Assembly (NCBI GenBank): GCA_001949185.1
Contig: BDGG01000002.1
Location: forward strand, 2,787,826-2,851,825
Direction: 5' to 3'
Length of the DNA: 64,000 nt
DNA from: Ramazzottius varieornatus
Taxonomy: Eukaryota > Animalia > Tardigrada
The position numbers and the translations under genes are program-made. Below, one piece after another: positions 48,301 to 61,909 of the stretch (the first letter of the stretch is position 1; each line of letters starts with the position of its first letter). The notes beneath the pieces were generated by a model. That model had not been told where the DNA came from, searched no databases, and worked only from the letters and a program-made list of their open reading frames with translations.

Positions 48301-50869
48301 ATGGCGTGCTTGAGATCTGTCCTCGTCTTCTGCGCTGCAGCGGTATTGGGACTTTTCACAGGTACCGTACTTTGAATTCATCTACAGTCAAGTCTTTCAT
48401 TTTCGTGACCTTTCGGCTTACACTAAACCTTCGTGGGTTACCAGGTTATGCCAGTGCAGGATGCGGAGAGGTAATCCATCTGCCCGCTAACGGTGGTAAC
48501 GTCATCATAACCAGCCCTAACTTTCCCAACCCTTATCCGGACAACAAAAACTGTGCCTGGAGGGTGTATGCTCCAGCCGGCTCGTGCATTCAAGCTGACG
48601 CCCTGTTTTGGGGCTTGTCGACCACTGGCTATACTTTTGTTGTATTATCCGACAAAGGTACGGAAAGTGCGCAGCCTTTGACTCAGGCTTACAACTACGG
48701 CCAGCCAGCTCCTCTTGCATGGCGCTCCCGCACCTCCATCCTGGTAAGTGTCGTTTCATTTCAGGGCAGGTGGTCTTCCATCCTTGATACCGTGTACGAC
48801 AAAATAATCATTCAAAATGGGCGGAGTGTCTTACTTAGAACGAGCCAACTACAAATCAAGGTGGTCAAAGTCACACATTCGACTGGCTGCTGCCGCTTAC
48901 TTACCGTTGTCGCCCATTTTTCAAACCTTCCTTGTCTTGCACTGCAGCCATGAAAACTATTCCGCTGTGTAGGAAATCGGTTTCAAGTCTCTCCAAGGTT
49001 CGAATGGCCAGGGATTTCAGCTGGCTCTTCGAGCTAAACCATGCAACACAGCCTGCGTGGAACGTCAACCGCCAAAGTACACTATCAGCTTGGACGTTCC
49101 CGCTGAGGAAAGATGGCGCCACGTCGTTGCCGACTTTCCGTTCCTCAATATTTCGACCCTGGGAATGCTCAAGTAAGAGCGCAAATGTGAACTTCTAGCT
49201 ATGAAAACTTACTGAGCCATTCACGGAACTCTTCTTTTCCTTTCAGTGTTTTCGAATATTTCTCCCAGGACAAGTGGTATCCCTTCACCGGGAACTTTAA
49301 CGAGACCCGAAAAGCCATGGTTCTAGACTACCATTCGAAGTTACCTGCCGAACAACGCGGCGAACTTACGGGTACGTACAGCATGTTCGTTGCTCAAGGT
49401 CAATTGCCTGCCTATCTCCTGCGCTGAGATAGTGTGTCAGCACTGCATCTGGTTCTCCTGATATCGCTCACAATGACATCGGCATTCTTTCGATTTTCAG
49501 GTATCGCAAAGTACACCGGAATACCTTTGGAGTTCATCGTCATGGCCAATGTCATCTACGAAACTGTGACGTAAGCTGCGAGTAACAATGTCAGTAATTG
49601 CATATCGGTCCCAGTACGAATGTGACTTGGTTGCAGAGGTTGTACCAGTATTGTTGCCAGTGATGCACTGGGTCGCCCTATTCATGGACGCAACTTGGAC
49701 TTCCGTGGCACCCCTGGTCTGCGTGATGACACTATTCATGTCGACGTTGTGCGAGACGGAAAGGTATGCAACAGCTTAAAAGAATTCGGTGTTTGGTCCG
49801 CTGTCGACGATAATTCACGTTGGGAAATCCTTACTTTACTGTAGGTTTTGTACAGCGTCGTCACGTTTGCCGGGTCGATTTCCTTCATGACAGTTCACAA
49901 GCCTCGAAAATGGACTATGAGCTTGAACAGACGAAGTATTCCAAAATAAATGCATTTACATAATTCCGGTTACATTCCCACTTCAACATTTGCAAGACTG
50001 TAATGCTTCCTCCGTAGTTGTGAACCCGGATCCCATGCCCAATCTGCAAACATTCCTGAATCCAGAACACACCGTTCTTCTCAAAGTAGTTCGAGAAGTA
50101 AGTCCCTGCAGGGTGACCATCAGCCGACAGTTTGGCAAACAAACTCGACTCAAGTGGCGGACGCTTGTAGCTAATATCACTAGAGTCGTGCGCCATCTGA
50201 CAACCCAATCTGGTCAAGTGTGCTTGCCCCCTTAAATGGGAAAGGAAGAATGGCACTGTACCATCCAATTTACTGATGGTTGGCACCACAGGCTCTGGAA
50301 ACCGCCGATTCTTACGACGAAGCTGTCGCCATGTTTTCCGAAGCTCTCTTGCCATCCCCATGCTACCTCATCATTGGCGGTATGCGCGAAAACGAAGGCG
50401 TCGTTCTGACGCGAGGTCGCGAGGGTCCCGTTGACGTCTACCCCATCAATGTACCCTTCGGCCAATGGTACGTCGTGCAGACTAACAGCGACCGCGGAAC
50501 ACCATATGTGCCCGGGACTGACCACTTCTCACCCTACGACCGACAGTAAGAGCTGCGCCACCTCAAATTACATCACGCCACTAGCTAGCCAAGTTTCCGT
50601 CTTTTGCAGAAAGTTCGCCGAAGAAGCCCTCAACGCTACTGGTCGTCCAAACATGGACTTTCGAAAAATGATGGACGTAACAAAGACCAAGGGAGTTTAC
50701 AATGTGTAAGTACCTTGCGTTGTTTACGTCACTTCGGTATGATCACCAAAGCGTTTCTATCACTTGCAGAGCAACGGTCTTCTCAACGGTAATGGGTGCC
50801 TCCAACCCAGAAGCTATGAACACAATAGTTCGCTGTCCCCTTCCGCTCAGTCCTCCTGCAGCGCCATGA
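48301..50869 (+). CDS. Signal peptide + CUB domain + NAAA/acid-ceramidase-like Ntn hydrolase, paralogue 2 (no hydrophobic tail)
   Basis: MACLRSVLVFCAAAVLGLFT|GYASAGCGEVIHLP..ITSPNFPNPYPDNKNCAWRVYAP (CUB)..|EIGF..PKYTISLDVPAEERW..|TGCTSIVASDALGRPIHGRNLDF..PCYLIIGGMRENEGVVLTR..WYVVQTN..|TVFSTVMGASNPEAMNTIVRCPLPLSPPAAP*. Intron positions match paralogue 1. Confidence 0.88.
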
Positions 50870-51788
50870 GCTAAGGTTGCAGATAAGGTGATTAGCGGAA
50901 GCCGACAAGTTCACTTTGTCCCACGGGCGTAAATGTCGTTCTCAACTTGACCATCGGTGTTTTCTGCTTTCTTATTCACCCTCGACCTGCCTCCTTATGC
51001 ACGGAACTCATGTTTTCTATACTATATCTCTTTGCGGTCAAACTTTTTCGTCATTCGTCGGTAGAAGTTGCTTAGCCAGTATGGTGACGGTCAACTGGTT
51101 ATACTCAGCTAAAAAGATAAACGGGAGTTCGCTGAGCAAACTCGACCAGATCGTTTTCCCAAGTAGCGCACGCTGCAGCCCATATCAATCGAAACGCGCG
51201 CGTTCGGCTGACAATCCGGTCGAGCTTGTCTCCCGAGCTCCCAAAGAGGAAACCAATCTGCCATAAAACGAAACAGATGATACGAAAGACTGAAACCACT
51301 CATCGTCCTCGGAAATGTTCAAAAGGTATACTGTAGGTGCGCTCTCGTGAAAACAAGAGCGCCATTGTTCGTGATTCGCAGGACAACACACGCCCCGCCC
51401 TTTTTGATCTCACTGTTCCTGCGCGCTTCATTTCCATCACAGGTTCTCTGTTTCGAACATTACAGCCGATGATACTTTTGTTACTGTTGCCAAAATCGAA
51501 CTGTTTGCTCGTACTGATAAGCTTGGCGCCTTAGAGTTTTTTCTGTGAATTGGCGACGTCGACCCCACCTTTTGTCTGTGTTTTGCTATGAATCTATTGA
51601 TACGGCGTCAACAGTTCCATATCGCGACGACGGGCTCTATTCATCTTCACATAGCAAAGATTATTATCTCCTTCGCCATCGGCTCAACATGTTCCGCATC
51701 GCTCACAAATTTAGACGACTCTTTAGCAGTATCGATTTAGACGAGAACATCGACTTCCAGGTCCTCGCTCCAGCTGTAGCATATTCCC

Positions 51789-53095
51789 ATGGACGCTCTA
51801 CTTCCTCTACCGCCTCCTGAAATTTCAGCGACCCCTAGGCCAGCTACCAAGAAGCGGAAACCCATACCGATGTCGTTCGTGCTGGTTTCCGAAGACATGG
51901 TCTTTCTGAACAAGAAGAAACCGAAGAAGCAGAAGACGCCGACGCTTCCTAAGGTATCGCGCCAGAAAGGGACAAAGAAGAGCGCCATTCCCGTTGCTAC
52001 GGCTGCAGAGAGTTTCCCAAACCCCAATTCGGCAAACGACGTCAAGACGAAGCTTATTTCGATAACTGCCATTCCGGAAAGTGCTGAAAGAAGTTCGGAG
52101 CAGCCGTTGCGCAAACGGCGGAAACAAGATAATCCCCGTCGTTCGGCAGATCAAATTGAAGTCCGGTTGGAGCAAGAGATCAAAGAAGAAGGACCATCAA
52201 CAAGTAAGCGAGGTAAATATGCCGCTGTTGGCATAATGAATTGCCAAATAATGCGACAATAGCCAATAAGTCGCACGGCTCTCATTACACTTGCCGCATT
52301 GTCCGGTGTTCCTTATTACATTTACTCAAATAACCCCACTGTTCCCACCGTCCAGCAACAACGCGGGTATAAGACCCAGCCTTCGATAAACTGTTTCTCT
52401 TTTCAGAGCAGGACGAACAATTCGTTGGATCTCCCTGTTCGACGTACAGCTACGAAGACTGCTTAAAAAAAGAAGGGGAAGACAGTCCCCGAATCCTTCT
52501 GAAAGAAAATATCACCGCTACGAAGAACCTAACGGCTTGTGGTGATCACTGGGTCCTGAATGACCAAGACATGGCGGATCTCCAGATGTTCAGCGTTCAT
52601 TCTCAAAGTAAGTGCTTTATTCCAGTGCTACATATAACCGTGCCAAGAGTCGAGACGGTTTGGACTACATAGAGTATGAGTAAAACTTCTTGAAGAAAAT
52701 CCCGCGGGAAACTAAACGCCATACTCTCACAAGCTACAGCGCAATAATACATGACACTTTCACACTGTTTCACATGCTCTTGCACGTGGCATACTCATGT
52801 TTTGATAGCTGGATCTTTTAGATCGAACAGCTACCGGTTTCCGTATCGATATTCGCTCATTTTGTCTACGTTTATCTCACCATCAGCTTTTTTCTTTACA
52901 GTTCCTTTGGATCAGTTCCTGGTGCATTTCACGACAGACGCATTTCACGAAATCCAAGAAACGACCAAGCTAATTCAAGAAAAAGAGAAAGCTTGTGGGA
53001 TACCCTTCCCGACTGGCGAACACGCTTATTCATTAGAGAACATGAAGAAAGGCCACCCAAACGATCCGTTTTATTTTTCGCTGTTTGAATGCTGA
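51789..53095 (+). CDS. Uncharacterised basic (NLS-rich) protein; probable exons 51789-52212, 52407-52607, 52902-53095
   Basis: 157-aa ORF with KKRK/KKKPKK/RKRRK clusters, followed by GT-AG-bounded open exons. No recognisable domain. Confidence 0.5.
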
Positions 53096-53343
53096 ATAGA
53101 AAGTGACTCAGTGGAATATTCCCAGACAGGAGAAACTTCTCTACGATCTGAGCTTTATCTCTCATTCGAACGCTTGCTCAAAAACCAGTGGATCAACCAC
53201 ACTTTGATACTTGAGGGGGAAATGTGCAACTCTATTTGAAGGATAAAACGATGAAAAAACCAAACGAATCACGCCACACATGGAAGAGAATGTACACAGG
53301 GACAGTATGGAGAATAAAAAAGATGACACAGATCGTGCGGGAA

Positions 53344-55932
53344 CTATATCAAGTTGCCTACGACAGACTGTCTAGCTTTCCTACTGTTCACTTCGGCAAG
53401 CACGCCGATCCAACCGGAAGTCTCACTGCAAATGGCGTCGGTCAGCTCGACCGACATGGTCTTATGCATGTTGTATCTTTGTATCAGCTCGGAGAGTTCT
53501 TTCATCAGTGCGTCTCGATCCAGGTCTGATTCTTCAGGAACCTGCGGCTGAATAAGGAGAAAGAATGGTTTCAATTAATTTCGGAATTAGGGACAGCGGC
53601 AGATGATCAGCATATCAAGTGACGCACTTTCACACTGTTACTGGCTAGAGAGCGTGCGTCACTTGGAAAAAACGATCTGGATGAATTCGTTTGCCGACGT
53701 GTCACTTCTTTTATCGTTTTTGTAAAACTTATTTGTTCACGTTTCTGATTTTGAATTTTCTACCTGGTACTGATTGTTGAGCTGGCTTATCTCTCCTTCG
53801 ATTCTGGCCAGCGCTTCACTTTCCTTCACTATCTTATCACGCAGGAACTTATTATGGTTCTGTAGCGCTTCGTACAAGCTTATCTGATGAATGAGCTCAT
53901 GGATCATATCTTTCCGTCTGACTTCATCGATAACTTCATCCTTGACATGGGTTTCCGCCACTGGATCCTGGGGTTTACTTGTCGGCTCCTTGTCAGTGAG
54001 TTTATTTACAACTGCCGTTCTGACTGCAGGTTTCGGCTTGACTGCTGGATGCGACGTACTCTTAGGAGCTTTCTCGGCCTTCTCCTGTCCGATGTTCACC
54101 GTCGGCATTTTCTCATATGTCCGAATCTACAAAAGTTCCAGCATTAACCCTCATTAGCCCTCAAGAAGTTCAGGCCAAAAAAACTTCAGTAGGAAGACAG
54201 GCAGACAACATCAGACTTTGAGTCACGTACATGCATACAGGCACATTATAACCCATAGCCAGGTCTCTGTATGGAGGCTTGTGAAATATACGCAGGTTTT
54301 CTATGCCGACTTCCAAAATTCCGCTTGTACTCCAGAAGAAAAACAACAGAGAATACAGGTACCTTTCTCTTTAACTCGGTTACTTGACGCTGCACATCCC
54401 AAAGTTGCTCCTCCTTTCTTTTACTGACTTTTCCCTGCTTGACTTCATGATGCAAGTGATTCAGCAGGACTTCCTTCTTGGCCAGTTCTTCCCTCAACTG
54501 CCCCAAGATTTCTGGTTCCGAAATCACAGCACTGGTTGGTGCTACAGGCCTAACCGATCAATTCAGACGCATCAAGTCATCAACTCTGGAGTTTTCGACA
54601 GAGATAACAAAAACTGAGAAAATTTACTTTGCGATTTTCACGTCGGGAAAGACATCGACAGCGTGCGTCAGCAGGAAACTCAGGACTTTATTGCTCTGGA
54701 TCCTCAACGTAGGTTCCAGCACCAACGCTACATTCTTCAGAGGCATCTTGTTGTGTTCCTGGTGGTCGATGATGTGTGACATGTGCACGAAGACACATCC
54801 TAGAAGGGCTCGCGAACAGGCATCCAGCTTCGTCAAGACTTTCGCCGTAGCTGACGGTCGCTTCGCCACATCGGGCAGCTCTGTTAAACGCACGCACGAT
54901 GATTAATGCGATCTACAGACGGGTGCCTAAGCTTCCGAGCCTCACCGATGGCTTCTTCTAATTCAGGAATAAATTCTTCGGGTAAAAGTCGGTGTGGCAG
55001 CTCGCGGATGAAAAGCTTCATCACGTCAGCCACTGTGGCCACATCGTAATCGTTCAAGCGCACGCGATTACCACGGTTGAAATGTTGTTTCAACTCTTGA
55101 ATCTTGGATTGCGAGCCCGATGTTCGGTAGACTCCAACGGTGTCCAAACCTGCAAGAACAACCCGTGCGACTGTGCGGGGAAAACTGTTGCGGTGAAGAT
55201 TATACCTGCGTACCGTTGTCTTCAATGTAATTTACGCAGACGCGAAAGAAAGCTGGAATGTCAATTCCGTCTGGACATCGGTCGATAGCTACGGCTTTCG
55301 CCAGAGGAATGGAGAAGATCTGGGTATCCGTGTCGTCTAGAAGAAGGAACAGAACAGGGTAAGGTAAAAAGAAGACAGAAACGACAAGCATGAAGTGCAA
55401 TCCCTGTACGCTCTCATGTTACAGTGAGAGTGCTGGGAGTCTAAGGGAATGCGCCACATTCCAGAGTAGCGATAGTCTTAATGTGATCGTGCTCGAAAAC
55501 ATTATGTGACGCTCGCCGTTAACGGAGATCACCATTGGATATGGGTCTTTCGGGTAGGGACTGCTTCAAATCTCCAGCAGCAGGATCAATGAAAGGATTG
55601 CTCGGAATTTTTCGCTTGATTTTGGTCCGTTCGACAGATTCGTCTATTTTGCGATCACGAGATTCGGCTGCCTTGTCTTTAAACGACTTCTTCTTCTTCA
55701 GGCGAAATGCGGGCTTGGGCTTCGACTTTCCAGCACTATAATCAGCTTCATGAATGAAATTGTAGGGCTATAAGGAAGAAAGAGTATTGTCCACATACCT
55801 CTGACCTCCGATAATCATGGCTGCATCGTCGTCATCTTCCGAGGTGTCCAGACCGACAGTCTTGTATCCCTTCTCCTTCTTCTTCGTCTTTCCGCCACCT
55901 CCAGAGTCGCCCGGTCCTCTTTCTCTCTCCAT
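53344..55932 (-). CDS. RALBP1: RalA-binding protein 1 (RLIP76): RhoGAP + Ral-binding coiled coil
   Basis: N-terminal KKKEKGY..SEDDDD, IFSIPLAKAVAIDRCPDGIDIPAFFRVCVNYIE, RhoGAP GVYRTSG..VADVMKLFIRELP..NKMPLKNVALVLEPTL, and Ral-binding EEQLWDVQRQVTELKRK. Multi-exon. Confidence 0.9.
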
Positions 55933-56211
55933 CTCCAGTCAAAAATATCCTACAATACGATACCAAACTGTCAAATACACTCGAAGCAAGTCTAGCAACG
56001 CAAGCAAGTTCAAGCAACGATTCTGACGTGAGTTCTCCCACGTAAGGCTGCTGTTCTCTCTGACAGTCTGGCTGCTATTACCGAATTACTGTAATCAGCA
56101 ATCAACAGTAGACAATGACCAATATTAGTCACGTGGCTCTTGAGCCTGACTGCGACTCATAAAAGTCACATGGTCGCACTTTTTTACAAGCGGAAACAGA
56201 TTACCGGCAGG

Positions 56212-57013
56212 TAGTGCTGGCAAAAATACGATAAAATTCGATACGATATATTTCGATGAAGTATCGCCGGATATTTCATCGCGGTCCTCGATATTCATTC
56301 AGTATCAATATTTCGATACGGTATTTTTGCACTACCGTATTTTCTATATATTGTATCATATCGCAGCGATATATCGATATTTCTGCAATTTTAATCTTTG
56401 TCGGAATTCCACTGATCCGGGCTCAAGAACTCAAGAAGCCGATTTTCACATTGAGTGTTAGTAAGATCGGAAGCGTCGGATGCAGCAAAAACGTGACTAT
56501 ATCAAGACTTCAAACACATGGAAACCTGGATAACATTAGTGCCAAAACCGAATGGGCGGACCATGCTCGCCTGGTCGGCATACGATGGCCAGAATCAAGG
56601 TTTTGAAATCAGTAAACGGTGGCCAAACGGCGTCATAGAGAACTTGCAATGAGGAGAAACTGCAACCAATTCTCATCCAATCAGCTGACCTTACCGTAGC
56701 AAACCTGCTCTGTTGATTGGCTGGCAGTGTTTCCTTCGGTCTCGATTCCCGTTTCATACTTCGGAATTAGACTTCGCCTTACTAACTTACTCTGCCGCTT
56801 ACCCATATTATTGCTGCGTTTGCCATTCAGCAAAATACCGATATATCGAAAATATATCGATATGGTGCGATACGATATCGCCGAATATTTTATTGCGATA
56901 TTAGATGTGAGCTTCATATCGATATCATCGATACGATATCTGCCGCATATTTTGTTGCAAAGATTTGATATACTTCGATACGATATCGGTATACCGTATC
57001 ATTGCCAGCACTA
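56212..57013. mobile_element. Non-autonomous hAT MITE (CGATAT-rich family)
   Basis: Perfect TIR tagtgctggcaa / ttgccagcacta; perfect 8-bp TSD ccggcagg. Confidence 0.95.
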
Positions 57014-57379
57014 CCGGCAGGGGCGTGCGGGCTACGGAGCGGCGGAGCCATTTGGCTAGCCGCTGACGAAGCCCAGCGAATTCACTATTAATGGCTTACA
57101 AAGATGAGGTTCGCTCGGTGGTGTAATTAACCTGATCTTTTTTGTGGATCCACCTTGTATTTCATTCAAGCAACCAAACCCTCGAGATAATCATGATACT
57201 TTGAACGGTCTACTTCAGACTTTAAAGCCCCGAACGTGTATTTTTTCAAACACTCCGATTTCTATTTTAAAAGGCATATATTTCTGTCCGCACAAAGCGC
57301 TTATTGATTTTTTTGCGAACATTCCTCAGCTGAAGGAAAGAACCCTTATTCTCGGGAAGATTGACCATCGTATCGGATT

Positions 57380-58520
57380 TTCATGCTCATCTGCTGGCGT
57401 TTGTGTGTCATTGTCAGACGAGGGTGACCAGTCTTCTGCCGAGTCGAGCAGCAGCGACGATGAAGTGACCGTACTTAAAGTTCGACGTCACATCTTGGAG
57501 AAGTGTCGATACATCCACAAAAGATCCTTCGTTCCCCAAAAAAACCATCTTGTGGTACAGCGTTTTGAGTGAGCTAAACGACGCTCGCTATAACGAAGAT
57601 GTCCGTATGTCAAGGGAAGCCTTTTCGGATCTCGTGAACCGCTTGTCAACGCATCGCGTGTTCCATTGAACTCCAACGTTCCATTGAACTCCAACTGATG
57701 GTAGCACTGTTTCGTTCTGGGTGCTCAGGTAATGGTACTGCTGTTGGTGGAGTGGTACGTCAATTCGGTGTATCAGAAGGGAGTTATTGTGGCGCTTCTC
57801 AGCATGGAGAACGACGTAGTTTTCTGGCCTGATTCTGCAGAGAAGAAGTTCAGAAAGAAACGGATCTTTGAACAGTCAGCATATCGAAATTGCTTGGGAT
57901 TCGTGCTTTCGCCAACAGCTTTCGCCAACAAGCTCGACATGGAAGGCTCGAACTACTTCAGTCATAAGTCAAGGTATGGAATCAACACGATAATTGTTTT
58001 CGCCGATCAGAAGCGGATCAGGTATTTGTTCGCAGGGTTTCTCGGGTCCACGCATGACAACCGCGTATTCAGCAATTCCAAGCTCTCAAGGTTTCCGGAT
58101 GAGTTCTGCAGCGGCGGAGAATACATACTGGCCGATGCGTACACGAGCACTCCTGACGTCATCTGCTCCTACAAGAAATCTGCCGCTTTGCGGAAGGACT
58201 ATCGCAGGTTCGTATCAAGGTAAAACACTACAATGGTATGCTGAATGGCGGATTTCAGAGCCTGAAAAGACTATGAAGTGTTCTGAATAATATAAACGAC
58301 CATCAAAAGAACGTTTACTGGATTCGAGCTTGCTGCACTCCGCACAATCTACTGATGCAAGACTACTACAGCCCTGAATGGGATGATGATTCAAAGGAAG
58401 AGCAAGACTCGGAAGCAGAAGAAGATCATCCAGCTACTAAAACGAATTTTGACAGAGGGGAATCAGAAGAGAGAGTTTATTAAGCAAGTGGTACTAGAAG
58501 CACATGGATACGTGGAACAA
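57380..58520 (+). pseudogene. Decayed PIF/Harbinger (HARBI1-like) transposase
   Basis: YRNCLGFV, YFSHKSRYGINTIIV, IRYLFAGFLGSTHDNRVFSNS, EYILAD-AY. Frameshifts and deleted catalytic segments. Confidence 0.8.
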
Positions 58521-58589
58521 CCATCGTTGAAGATCTTTCTTCTCTGGCTCCTGTTTGATGCTGGCAAGTTAAATCTGTAAAAAGAAATT

Positions 58590-59730
58590 TGCGGACTGCG
58601 CTTCTGTTCGTCTGGCTTCGGCTTCTAGTCGTTGCACGCTCAGTGCTTCCATGCGTTCTTCGTGCTGTTATTCAGCTGCCTTTTCTGGCGCCAGCATTTT
58701 CCTTCGGGATATTCCGATGTTCTCGGCTTCCAGATCCAGCTTCGTGCTCTCGTAGCCTTCGACTGCCTAGTCGTACTGGTTTCTTGTTTGGCGTCGAAGT
58801 TCCAGGCTGTGCTGCCGGAACTTCTGGTGCATCCGACCCTTCGGGGGACGTAGGGTAATCAGCAAACATATCAGCTACCATAGACGGTACGTCTAGATCG
58901 AGTAGGTGAGCCTGTCCGCTGCTCATTAGGAACTGCTGTGCATCGTCTGTTGCGTCCGTATTGTCTGCTACATACGGCGTAACCATTTTTGGACTGTCAC
59001 GGAATACAGGATGAAAGCGGCTCCAGAAGGGACAAGCTTGTTCCACCTTATCTAGAAATAAAAGACAGGTAATTGGATGAAGAAGTGATGAAACTTGGAA
59101 TTCTAAACGGTGTACCTCTGCTCGCAATTAGGAGTCCAACTTTCACCACTTTACATCCTATTGCGCTAAATCAACAATCAACTACCCGCAACATATTCCG
59201 GACTAATCGCTTGCTTGACAAGCCTGACCAGGCTTTTGGCAGTAAGAAAGCCTGTTCAGCCAGTTGATTTGCTTGGACAGCTTGAAACATACCTTTGAGA
59301 GAGATGATATACTGCTGGATATCGTCCACTGTCGCACCTTCTCCCGTTGTCCCAAACTGTGCACGGGCATCCCGGTAAGAGCTCTCAAAGGATGTGAGCA
59401 TAAACTTCACGGAATCTACGGACACGTTGTCGATGCCGTTCGCTTTCAAATAATCCACAATCGATCGTAGTACTGCCATCTTCGTGTTTTTAGACGTCTT
59501 CTTCTGACCGGCAGCCGTCTTGGTCCCAGCGCAACGCCACTTAGCCCAGTTGCCTCGCTCTTCGATCCACTGCAGAAGTCAGTCCTGAACGGCGGTGTTG
59601 GCGCATCGGAACTGTGGCCCACGAGGCTTGGGATTACGCTTGCCGGTGGCTTCGACAAAAGGAGCACTCGGCTCCAGTTGTAACTGCGAACTTGCTGGTT
59701 TAGCACGGATGGGCTGTAGCGGTGGCATGC
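58590..59730 (-). pseudogene. Harbinger accessory Myb/SANT-like ORF (spliced, partly decayed), convergent with the transposase
   Basis: IVDYLKANGI..SVKFMLTSFESSYRDARAQFGTTGEG..|KVEQACPFWSRFHPVF, followed by a low-complexity tail. This matches the two-gene Harbinger layout. Confidence 0.65.
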
Positions 59731-60151
59731 TTATTTGAGCATCAGGAAGAGAAGCCAGGACGGAATTGAAGAAGGGAAGACTTTCAGAAGGACTAGGTTA
59801 AAGAAATAGCGTCGGTAAAGCGAAATAGAAACTGAAAATTTCGTCAGCTGGTGGGATTACGAGTCGCTCCGGAATAGGTCGTAATTACACCGAAAAGCCG
59901 GTGGAATGTGAGTTTTGGTGGAACAGATGGCCCAATCGTGCGGTGCGGGCGGAGCCAATTCCACCAACGTTGTAATCCCACCAGCGGTGGAATCTATTTT
60001 TGTAAGCCATTCAGTACTATTCAGTATTCACCAACAAACAAAATCCTTTTTGAATGTTCTTCTCATGATCTCGCGTTTTTAAACTTCTAGCCGGTCTAGC
60101 GCAAGACTTCTCGATCGATCTCTTACTTGCAGATCTGGGCAACGCATCAAG

Positions 60152-61157
60152 ATGGGACGCACCTTCGTCAGGAACAAGCGACGAGGCTCTTCCCTCCTGG
60201 GGCAGACGCCTGATCCTCGCAAGTCTTCCGCATCTCTCGAGCTAGAAAGCGTAAGGATTTGTTGTGCTTGATTGATTGTTAGGTTCAGTGACCCACCTGA
60301 ACCTTTTGTTTCTCTGCAGATGGAAGGCTGGGAGCCCGTTACAGAATCCAACGCTTCCATGGGTAGTGCTGCGGAAGCCTTCGCTGGCGTTTCTTCGGTT
60401 GCCAAGAATACACTGCACACAAAGAAGAAGAAACGGCAGAGTTACAGACTGTGCGAGGTGAAGATTGACGTGGACGAAGAAGGCAAGGAGAATTGTGTCG
60501 CTGGCCAACCACCCTCTGCCTGGACCAATATGTCCAAGGTTGGAGACCGAATTCAGAGTTTTACAGACAAGAGCTGGCATCGTTCGTTACTGACTCGCAA
60601 GAGCAAGTGTACCCCAGAAAAGATGGCAGTCGCGGGATGGTTCTGTACGGGGAAAAGGTCTGCCATGTGCTACGCCTGCTTGAAGGTACTCAGCTGAAAT
60701 CTTCTCAATGACGTCAGAAGTTAAACACGAGTCGCGGTATGGATCTCAGTCGTCACAACTGCACTATCGTTACTTCCGCCTGTTTCAAGATACCTGCTGA
60801 CTTTAGCGATTGATTTTCCATTTTCTAATTTGAAGTCATTGTTCTTTGCCTTCTGTGTTCTTCTAGGAGATGGATGAATGGGAAGATAGTGACGATCCGA
60901 TCTTGATTCACGCAAAACGGTGCCAGCAGTGTCCCTTGGAATTTTTGAGACCAAAGCCCTACGGTGTGATGACTATACGAGAATTAATTCGGTTGAATGT
61001 CGTCATCGAGTATTTTCACAAGAAGAAAGCCTTAGAAGAGGAGATGGATACTGTCATGGAGGCTTTTGGTGCAGCAAAGACGGAGCTCCGAGGTTACTTG
61101 CGTGATCTGGGCGCAACCGTCGAGTCCGACGAAGAAGACTCTTCAACTCATGTCTAG
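60152..61157 (+). CDS. Survivin/Deterin-like single-BIR protein (exons 60152-60250, 60320-60685, 60867-61157)
   Basis: RIQSF..W..CTPEKMAVAGWF..AMCYACLK|EMDEWEDSDDPILIHAKRCQQCP (CxxC..H..C zinc ligands), followed by a long helical C-terminus and no RING. Confidence 0.85.
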
Positions 61158-61909
61158 AAACGAAGTGCTTATGTGAAAATAACTTCTCTTTTCGAATTTC
61201 GGATTGTATTTTTGAACTTTTGATCTTAAGTTAGAAATTTTGGCGTGCGTTTTGTCGGCATGCACTGGACAATTTTATGGACGTGCTTCTGATTTTTAAA
61301 CATGTCGGTGTTCATCCATCTAGATTCGATAAACGTGTCGTGTTTTTGTCAGGCTTGTCCTGTACTAGTTTTGCGAGAGTGGTGGCACGTAATTCAATAA
61401 ACGATGACTGCGAGCAGATAATCTGTTTGTTGCGGATGTTGTACCCCAAAGAGGTCAAGCGAAGCCGTTTTTTGCCAAATTGTGACGCGCACCAATGCGG
61501 AGTTCCCATCGGTTATGGGCTGCGACAGCGTGACATGGTCGGAAAAACGGAAGACGTGCTGGCTAATGTCCTCTTCCTCAGATTCGGAAACCCTTGAGGT
61601 GGAAAGACCTGCTTAGGAGACGTGGGATGAACGTCGAAATGGTTATGGTGCGTACGTGGTCGTCATCCATAGAACTATCCCAAGCTTGCCAGCCAGTGAT
61701 AAACAGAGACAAGAGCTTCGTCTCTTCATAAGTACATCCACCAAGGATGTATTCTCCCGTTGGATAATTGGCTGGATCAGGTGTAAACCTCCGGGTTATG
61801 CTTTATTCTCACACTTACTGAATCTGAATCACTTTGAGCTTTCCTTTTCCGAATCAGAGTGGAATGTCGAGGAACTCTTGAAGCTTGCGCACCGCAGAAT
61901 ACCATCACA

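Noticed and set aside
57022-59985. Exact TIR/TSD boundaries of the Harbinger element
   Set aside because: Only short candidate inverted matches were found (ggtgtaatta/taattacacc; a separate 14-bp inverted repeat at 59847-59985), with no convincing 3-bp TSD, so only the two gene relics are reported.
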